NCBI GenBank assembly: GCA_964496095.1
Contig: CAZBWU010000001.1
Location: forward strand, 48,617-112,616
DNA length: 64,000 bases
Direction: 5' to 3'
Origin: an uncultured Gammaproteobacteria bacterium
GTDB taxonomy: Bacteria > Patescibacteriota > Patescibacteriia > Magasanikbacterales > GWA2-37-8
The translations under genes were made by a program, and so were the position numbers. Shown piece by piece: positions 58,043 to 64,000 of this stretch; the first letter of the stretch is position 1, and every line of letters starts with the position of its first letter. A model generated the notes under the pieces. It saw only the letters and a program-made list of their open reading frames with translations, was not told the origin of the DNA and did not search any database.

Positions 58043-59101
58043 ATGCCCAAGGCAAAACTCATACTAAAAGACGGTTCGGTTTTTGAGGGGATTTCTTTTG
58101 GTTCAGAGGGGGCAACAAGCGGAGAAGTAGTATTTAATACTGGCATGGTTGGATATCCCGAAACAATGACTGACCCCTCATACAGGGGTCAGATTTTAGT
58201 TTTGACTTATCCATTGGTTGGTAATTACGGTGTGCTTGATGATAGTGCTGAAAATCTTTTCAAAAATTTTGAATCAGATAAAATCCAAATCCAAGGGTTA
58301 GTTGTTAGTCAGCAGTGTGAAGAATTTTCTCATTGGAGCGCTACGCAATCTCTATCTGCTTGGATGAAAAAAAATAATATTCCCGGAATAAGTGGGATTG
58401 ATACCAGAGCCTTAACTAAAAAACTTCGTTCTAGTGGGACGATGTTGGGTAAAATTGTTATCGACGGCCAAGCAGATATTGAGTTTGATGATCCAAACTT
58501 ACGAAACTTATCTGCCGAAGTAAGTGTGAAAGAACCTGTCAGGTACGGAAGTGGAGACAAGACGGTAATTGTTGTTGATTGTGGTGTTAAAAATAATATT
58601 ATTCGTTCGTTTGTCAGTCGTGGTATTTCAGTTTTGCGTGTGCCTTGGGATTATAATTTTTTGGAAACAAAAGCCGATGGGATTCTTATTTCCAATGGTC
58701 CCGGAGATCCCAAGATGTGCCAAGCGACCATTGCTAATGTCAAAAAAGCTCTGGCAGGCACAACTCCTATTTTGGGAATTTGTTTAGGTTCGCAGATTTT
58801 GGCGCTCGCAGCCGGAGCCAATACTTATAAATTAAAATATGGTCATCGCGGGCAGAACCAGCCATGTTTGGAAATGGGCACAAAAAAATGTTTTATCACT
58901 TCGCAAAATCATGGCTTTGCAGTTGATACCAAAACCTTGCCGCAAGATTGGCGTGAGTGGTTTACCAATGATAACGATGGCACTAATGAAGGCATTATTC
59001 ATATTTCCAAGCCATTTTTTGGGGCGCAGTTTCATCCCGAGGGCGCGCCGGGTCCGGATGATAGTGAGTTTATTTTTGATATGTTTATTAGGACGTTGTA
59101 A
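58043..59101 (+). CDS. carA: Carbamoyl-phosphate synthase small (glutamine amidotransferase) subunit
   Basis: N-terminal CarA domain (LILKDGSVFEG...GEVVFNTGMVGYPE) and GATase triad region (GICLGSQ, HGHRG, FHPE). Confidence 0.9.
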   Translation: MPKAKLILKDGSVFEGISFGSEGATSGEVVFNTGMVGYPETMTDPSYRGQILVLTYPLVGNYGVLDDSAENLFKNFESDKIQIQGLVVSQQCEEFSHWSATQSLSAWMKKNNIPGISGIDTRALTKKLRSSGTMLGKIVIDGQADIEFDDPNLRNLSAEVSVKEPVRYGSGDKTVIVVDCGVKNNIIRSFVSRGISVLRVPWDYNFLETKADGILISNGPGDPKMCQATIANVKKALAGTTPILGICLGSQILALAAGANTYKLKYGHRGQNQPCLEMGTKKCFITSQNHGFAVDTKTLPQDWREWFTNDNDGTNEGIIHISKPFFGAQFHPEGAPGPDDSEFIFDMFIRTL

Positions 59102-59112
59102 ATTGTTCGTAA

Positions 59113-59298
59113 CTGTCATTCTGAGTAAAGCGAAGAATCCCTGTCTGTACAATTGTCATTCCGACCGAAGTGGAGGAATCCCTTAAACAAGGTATTTGCA
59201 TGTACATAGTATAAGGGATCCCTCGACGGAGTTTATACCCTTTAGGGTGCTCGGGATGACAAACGGACAGAGATCCTTCATTTCATTCAGGATGACAA
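59113..59298. repeat. Cluster of short palindromic interspersed repeats filling the carA-carB spacer
   Basis: ctgtcattctgagtaaagcgaagaatccctgtctg, ttgtcattccgaccgaagtggaggaatccc, and inverted units (ggtgctcgggatgacaaacggacagagatcc, cattcaggatgacaac). Confidence 0.75.
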
Positions 59299-59311
59299 CA
59301 AGTGAATTTAT

Positions 59312-62300
59312 ATGATCAGAAACATCAAACCAAAAAAAGTATTGTTGCTCGGCTCGGGCGCTTTGCAAATTGGTCAAGCCGGTGAGTTTGATTATTCCGG
59401 CAGTCAGGCTATCAAAGCTCTCAAAGAAGATGGAATTTATACAGTTCTCATAAATCCAAATATTGCCACGATTCAAACCTCCGAACATTTGGCAGACAAA
59501 GTGTATTTTTTACCGCTCACGGTATATTTTGTCGAACAAATTATTGCCAAAGAAAATCCGGATGCGATTTTGCTTGGTTTTGGTGGGCAGACGGCGCTCA
59601 ACGTGGGTGTGCAGTTGCACGATTTGGGAATTTTAAAAAAATATAATATAGAAGTATTGGGTACACAGGTGGAGACAATCAAAGATACCGAAGACAGACA
59701 ATTGTTTGCCAATCGGGTCCATGAAGTCGGTCTCAAAACGGCTCGCAGTATTACGGCTGGTACGACCGAGGAAGCCTTGCAAGCGGGAAATAAAATCGGC
59801 TATCCGGTTATGTGTCGCGTGGCGTATGCGCTGGGAGGTCTGGGTTCGGGAGTAGTACAAAATGCCGAAGAGCTCAAAGAAAAAACTGATCGAGCCTTTG
59901 CTTTTACCAGCCAAGTGCTGATTGAAGAATGTTTGTATGGTTGGAAAGAAGTGGAATATGAAATCGTGCGCGACAAAAATGATAATTGTATTACTATTTG
60001 TTCCATGGAAAACTTTGACCCCATGGGTATTCATACGGGAGATAGTATTGTGGTCGCGCCAGTGCAAACACTTACCGCCAAAGAAAATTTTAATTTACGT
60101 GCTATTGGTATCAAGCTTATTCGGCATCTGGGAATAGTAGGTGAATGTAATATTCAATATGCCCTCGATCCGCAATCTGGTGATTATCGTATTATTGAAG
60201 TCAACGCTCGTCTTAGTCGTAGTTCGGCTTTGGCATCAAAAGCCACTGGCTATCCGCTCGCATTTGTCGCCACCAAATTGGCCTTGGGTTATGGTCTAAA
60301 TGAAGTGCAAAATATTATTACCAAAGAAACCTCGGCGTGTTTTGAGCCAGCGCTTGATTATATTACGCTCAAATTTCCTCGCTGGGACTTACAAAAATTT
60401 GAACATGTCAATAAAGTGTTGGGCACAGAGATGAAGTCTGTCGGTGAGGTAATGGCAATTGGTCGTAGTTTTGAAGAAGTTCTGCAAAAAGCAATTCGTA
60501 TGTTGGATATTGGGATGAAAGGGCTAGTGGGAAATAAAATTGAATTTGCTGATTTAGATAAAAGTATTTCCCAACCAACCGATAAAAGAATTTTTGCAAT
60601 TGTACAGGCAATGCAAGTGGGATATTCGGTAGACAGAGTTCATGATTTATCAAAAGTTGATCGCTGGTTTTTACATAAGTTAAAAAACATTATTGATCTT
60701 GAAATTGAGTTAAAAAAATTCACTTTAGAAAATTTATCAGTTGAAATTTTAAGAGAATCCAAGCAAGCCGGTTTTTCTGATTTACAAATTTCCAAAGCTA
60801 TTGGCACTAATCCGATAGAGGTAAGAAACAAGAGAAAATCTTTGGGAGTTGTGCCGGTAGTAAAACAAATTGATACCCTCGCCGCCGAATATCCTGCCAA
60901 AACAAATTATTTATATTTAACCTATAACGGCACAGAAAATGATGTGGTGCCGATAGATGAAAAAAAGGTGATAGTGCTCGGCAGTGGGCCGTACCGTATT
61001 GGATCATCAGTCGAGTTTGATTGGTGCTGTGTAAATTCACTCATGAGTTTGCAAAAAAATGGTTATAAGACAATTATGATAAATTGTAATCCTGAGACAG
61101 TCAGTACCGATTATGATGTGTCGGATCAATTATATTTTGAAGAGTTAAGTTTGGAAAAGATTTTGGATATTTATGAATTTCAAAAACCATTGGGAGTGGT
61201 CGTGTCTATGGGGGGCCAAGTGCCAAATAATTTAGCTTTGAAATTATATAATGAAGGCGTAAATATTTTGGGAACTTCGCCAACGCAGATTGATAATGCC
61301 GAGAGCAGGCAGAAATTCTCGCAAATTCTAGATGGTTTGGGAGTAGATCAGCCGGAGTGGAAAGAGTTAACCGATATGGCTTCGGCCAAAGAGTTTGCCG
61401 AGCGAGTTGGTTATCCGGTGCTTGTGCGTCCTAGCTATGTGCTTAGTGGGGCGGCGATGAGCGTGGTCTATAGTCCGGATGATTTGGAATTATTTTTACA
61501 AAAAGCGGTTGATATCAATCAAGAATATCCAGTAGTTATTAGTAAATTTATATCCAAAGCTAGAGAGATAGAACTCGATGCGGTGGCAAGTGGTGGCGAA
61601 TTATTTTGTTACGCTATCTCGGAACATTTAGAAAACGCGGGTGTACATTCGGGTGATGCCACTCTGGTTTTTCCAGCGCAAAAAACTTATTTAGAGACAT
61701 CTAGGCGCATCAAAAAAATTGCCAAAGAAGTAGCCAAGGCTTTGCAAATTACGGGGCCATTTAATATGCAACTGATTGCCAAAGATAATGATATTAAAGT
61801 CATTGAATGTAATCTGCGCGCGTCTCGCAGTTTTCCATTTGTTTCGAAAGTTTTGAAAATAAATTTTATAGATATTGCGACCAAGTTGATGATGGGTGAT
61901 GTGGTGCCAAAACTGGGTCATTCGGCTTTCGATTTGGATTATGTAGGTGTGAAGGTTTCGCAGTTTTCTTTTACCAGGTTAAAAGGTTCTGATCCGGTGA
62001 CAGGAGTAGAGATGGCATCTACTGGAGAAGTTGCATGCCTGGGCGATGATCTCAATGAAGCATTTTTGAAAAGTATAATTTCAGTTGGTTTTAGAATAGA
62101 ACCAAAATCAGTTTTATTGTCTATTGGATCTAATGATAAAAAAATCGCTTTCTTGGAAGAGGCTAGAGTCTTGCAGGAGATGGGAATAAAAATTTATGCT
62201 ACTCAAGGTACCGGTGTATTTTTGCAAGAAAATAAAATTGAGGCCGAAGTTTTGGAATGGACGGCGCAGGATGGTGTGCCTAGTGTGATGGCATATTTAT

Positions 62301-62506
62301 CAAGTAAAAAAATAGACTTAATGATAACTATTCCGAGTAATACAGAAAAAACTAGTTCCAGTAATGGCTATTTGGCCAGAAGAAAAGCGATTGACCAAAA
62401 TATTTCTTTGATTACAAACTTAGAGTTTGCTAGGCGGTATGTGAAGGCTATTTATAAGTATAAAATTAGTGATTTGAAGATTAAAAGTTGGGATGAGTAT
62501 TTATAG
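59312..62506 (+). CDS. carB: Carbamoyl-phosphate synthase large subunit
   Basis: 1064 aa with two ATP-grasp halves (KVLLLGSGALQIGQAGEFDYSG and KVIVLGSGPYRIGSSVEFDW) and a C-terminal MGS-like domain. Confidence 0.95.
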   Translation: MIRNIKPKKVLLLGSGALQIGQAGEFDYSGSQAIKALKEDGIYTVLINPNIATIQTSEHLADKVYFLPLTVYFVEQIIAKENPDAILLGFGGQTALNVGVQLHDLGILKKYNIEVLGTQVETIKDTEDRQLFANRVHEVGLKTARSITAGTTEEALQAGNKIGYPVMCRVAYALGGLGSGVVQNAEELKEKTDRAFAFTSQVLIEECLYGWKEVEYEIVRDKNDNCITICSMENFDPMGIHTGDSIVVAPVQTLTAKENFNLRAIGIKLIRHLGIVGECNIQYALDPQSGDYRIIEVNARLSRSSALASKATGYPLAFVATKLALGYGLNEVQNIITKETSACFEPALDYITLKFPRWDLQKFEHVNKVLGTEMKSVGEVMAIGRSFEEVLQKAIRMLDIGMKGLVGNKIEFADLDKSISQPTDKRIFAIVQAMQVGYSVDRVHDLSKVDRWFLHKLKNIIDLEIELKKFTLENLSVEILRESKQAGFSDLQISKAIGTNPIEVRNKRKSLGVVPVVKQIDTLAAEYPAKTNYLYLTYNGTENDVVPIDEKKVIVLGSGPYRIGSSVEFDWCCVNSLMSLQKNGYKTIMINCNPETVSTDYDVSDQLYFEELSLEKILDIYEFQKPLGVVVSMGGQVPNNLALKLYNEGVNILGTSPTQIDNAESRQKFSQILDGLGVDQPEWKELTDMASAKEFAERVGYPVLVRPSYVLSGAAMSVVYSPDDLELFLQKAVDINQEYPVVISKFISKAREIELDAVASGGELFCYAISEHLENAGVHSGDATLVFPAQKTYLETSRRIKKIAKEVAKALQITGPFNMQLIAKDNDIKVIECNLRASRSFPFVSKVLKINFIDIATKLMMGDVVPKLGHSAFDLDYVGVKVSQFSFTRLKGSDPVTGVEMASTGEVACLGDDLNEAFLKSIISVGFRIEPKSVLLSIGSNDKKIAFLEEARVLQEMGIKIYATQGTGVFLQENKIEAEVLEWTAQDGVPSVMAYLSSKKIDLMITIPSNTEKTSSSNGYLARRKAIDQNISLITNLEFARRYVKAIYKYKISDLKIKSWDEYL

Positions 62507-62657
62507 ATTTGACAGGTTTTTATTTTTTCGGTAAAGTAAAAATATTATGAAAAATATGCAAGCACAATCCAGATTTTTCTTTAGCTTTTACCGCTCGGTG
62601 AAGGCTATGTTTGCATCTGTGTAGAATTGAACTAAAAAATGCATTTCAAACAAAAGC

Positions 62658-62690
62658 CTTCGCCAAAAGCGGAGGTTTTTTGATTTTTGA
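62658..62690 (+). terminator. Rho-independent terminator downstream of carB
   Basis: CCTTCGC-caaaa-GCGGAGG (with one G-U pair) followed by TTTTTT. Confidence 0.55.
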
Positions 62691-62699
62691 AAATTAGAA

Positions 62700-63060
62700 A
62701 AAATTGTAAGGTTGTCGAGTGGTGTCCATGACACCTGGTCCCCAGGATATCGCGACGGTCGCGATGTTCGTGGATACCACTGGTAACTTTCTCGGTTGGG
62801 GGATCCCATGTTTATTCGGAATCCAAGGCTTGATATTGAAGAGACGGCAGCTGTACAGGCCACTCAACAGGATGGCGTCGGCCTTCTGTTGCCAAATGTG
62901 GCAAAGCCGCCTCCGGTTGAGGAGAGTATGCCGTCCTCCGAGCCCGGGCGCTGGCACGGGGTCGATCCGTTCGAGCTGAAGAAGTAGCCTTCTGGGTTTG
63001 TTGCCCTGAGGCAAGAATAGTAGTTCTTAGTAGTTGTTCTTTTTTCCGCCAACTCCGGGC
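62700..63060 (+). other. GC-rich, hairpin-dense island of unknown nature (structured RNA or a degraded foreign gene)
   Basis: Local GC is far above the surrounding roughly 35%. It has many perfect short hairpins (GGTGTC/GACACC, ATCGCGAC/GTCGCGAT, TTGCCA/TGGCAA, CTCC/GGAG) and no convincing long ORF. The longest + ORF is 63 aa (62796-62987). It is bounded by terminators at 62658-62690 and 63166-63200. Confidence 0.35.
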
Positions 63061-63165
63061 GGTATAAATATTCGGAGCAAGGAGTAGTCATGAAAATGAT
63101 TCGTGCGCCACACACGTCAAAGTGGCATCTCAATTTGTGTATAAGTTATTTTGTACACAAATAAG

Positions 63166-63200
63166 GCAAAAAACTGTTCGAACAATCGAACGGTTTTTTG
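63166..63200 (+). terminator. Rho-independent terminator closing the island 2 transcription unit
   Basis: AAAAAACTGTTCGAAC-aat-CGAACGG followed by TTTTTTG. Confidence 0.6.
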
Positions 63201-63254
63201 TTTCACTTATTTTTTGTATAAAAAATAATGATGTGATAATATGCTTGTTGCTAT

Positions 63255-64000
63255 ATGATTAATTTTCAATCAGAATTAAACCAAGAACAATTAGAACCAG
63301 TTTTGCACGGCGACGGGCCGTGTTTAGTTTTGGCTGGAGCTGGAAGCGGTAAGACAAGAGTTATTACCTATCGGGTGGCTTATTTGTTAGAGCAGGGAAT
63401 TAATCCGGAAAATATATTGTTAGTCACTTTTACCAACAAAGCTGCGGATGAAATGAAACGCAGAGTTGAGAAGTTGACGACACTGTCTGTCATTCCCGCT
63501 ACAGCGGGAATCCAGACAACCGTACACTGGATTCCCAATCAAGTTGGGAATGACAAAAGTGTAAAACTGCCTTGGGCAGGCACTTTTCATCATATCGCTT
63601 ATCGTATTTTACGAATTTATGCGCCGATTTTGGGCTACAAAAATAACTTTTCAGTACTAGATAGCGATGATAGTGAGACTATTTTGAAACTCTGTGCCAA
63701 GCCATTCAAATCAGATACTGGTCGGGTCAAGTTTCCTTCGGCGCGGGTTTTACAATCAATTATTAGTTTTGCGCGTAATTCAGAAACCACAATTGATAGC
63801 GTACTAGATCTCAAACATCCGCAATGGCAAATTTTTAGCGACAATATAAAAACGATTGCTCGTGAGTATGAACAAAAAAAGAAGGAAGCCAATGTGATGG
63901 ATTTTGATGATTTGTTGGTAAATTTTTTGTTGCTACTTAATCATGAACCAGCATTAAAAAAATATGCCGAGCAGTTCAAATATATTTTGGTAGACGAGTA
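63255..64000 (+). CDS. ATP-dependent DNA helicase, UvrD/PcrA/Rep family (N-terminal part; continues beyond the window)
   Basis: Helicase motifs: Walker A LVLAGAGSGKTRVITYRVAYL, Ia LLVTFTNKAADEM, then GTFH, and motif II ILVDEYQ at the window edge. The frame is open to position 64000. Confidence 0.9.
   Translation, partial: MINFQSELNQEQLEPVLHGDGPCLVLAGAGSGKTRVITYRVAYLLEQGINPENILLVTFTNKAADEMKRRVEKLTTLSVIPATAGIQTTVHWIPNQVGNDKSVKLPWAGTFHHIAYRILRIYAPILGYKNNFSVLDSDDSETILKLCAKPFKSDTGRVKFPSARVLQSIISFARNSETTIDSVLDLKHPQWQIFSDNIKTIAREYEQKKKEANVMDFDDLLVNFLLLLNHEPALKKYAEQFKYILVDE
63484..63556. repeat. Palindromic interspersed repeat unit inserted in-frame within the helicase CDS
   Basis: tgtctgtcattcccgctacagcgggaatccagacaa...gggaatgacaaa lies inside the open reading frame. 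It adds about 25 aa (SVIPATAGIQTTVHWIPNQVGNDKS) between helicase motif Ia and the GTFH motif without a stop or frameshift. Confidence 0.7.

Noticed and set aside
59102-59311. Separate small ORFs in the carA-carB spacer (e.g. 58839-59186, 59183-59488)
   Set aside because: They overlap the repeat cluster and the carA or carB reading frames, and are out of frame or antisense. They are artefacts of the repeats.
62509-62630. TTGACA-N17-TAAAGT promoter-like sequence plus a 25-codon ORF (MKNMQAQSRFFFSFYRSVKAMFASV) just after carB
   Set aside because: The promoter match is plausible but the ORF has no RBS and an odd composition. More likely this is read-through 3' UTR ending at the 62658-62690 terminator.
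62700-63060. tmRNA or RNase P RNA as the identity of GC island 2
   Set aside because: Only a fortuitous GCAACAGA match to RNase P J11/12. No T-arm or acceptor 3' end. No conserved P4 strands.

Overview
This window looks like a 64 kb stretch of a small, AT-rich, gene-dense chromosome of the Patescibacteria/CPR type. That lineage call is inferred from gene content and compact gene spacing. Most of the window is conserved housekeeping genes.

Main gene content, in order along the window:
- The rpoC 3' end, then yebC and ruvC, with ruvA further on (19778-20347).
- A divergently transcribed ATP-grasp ligase next to a membrane-anchored exported protein and a MEMO-like/CapA-like fusion protein.
- A non-oxidative pentose phosphate block (rpiB, rpe, trxB, a PfkB kinase).
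- ileS, an SPFH protein, pyrB, an arginase-family enzyme and gatB.
- A pyrimidine deoxynucleotide cluster: tmk, a long ThyX-like protein, dut, a P-loop kinase and a dCMP deaminase.
- A short pyruvate kinase-like gene, rplA and msrA.
- A Nudix/Nudix/HAD/HD hydrolase run and a MacB/FtsX-type ABC pair.
- tRNA-Asn(GUU), an ECF sigma factor with a candidate anti-sigma partner, proS, trpS, rlmH, tgt, carA-carB and the 5' end of a UvrD/PcrA-type helicase.
- Several bidirectional rho-independent terminators are readable between convergent genes.

Observations that the gene list does not explain:
1. Two GC-rich, hairpin-dense islands sit in an otherwise AT-rich background, at 7720-8150 and 62700-63060. 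The first has a near-consensus sigma70 promoter, a Shine-Dalgarno site and a 104-codon ORF with E. coli-like codon usage that encodes a small Cys-rich protein with an N-terminal membrane segment. The second is an isolated transcription unit between two terminators.
2. A family of short palindromic, MITE/RPE-like repeats (core GTCATTC...GAATGAC with an internal hairpin) occurs at six or more loci. One copy sits between carA and carB. Another is inserted in-frame (75 nt) inside the helicase gene.
3. A roughly 220-nt structured element occurs twice, about 70 nt upstream of gatB and of proS, in the same orientation relative to each gene. The two copies differ by compensatory stem substitutions, so I read it as a candidate cis-regulatory leader RNA.
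4. A two-gene cassette (a small SMR/EamA-like membrane protein plus an Orn/Lys/Arg decarboxylase) is bracketed by a duplicated, synonymously diverged copy of the SPFH gene 3' end.
5. A perfect 12-bp inverted repeat lies upstream of the ECF sigma operon.
6. An unannotated 41-aa basic protein gene has its own terminator.
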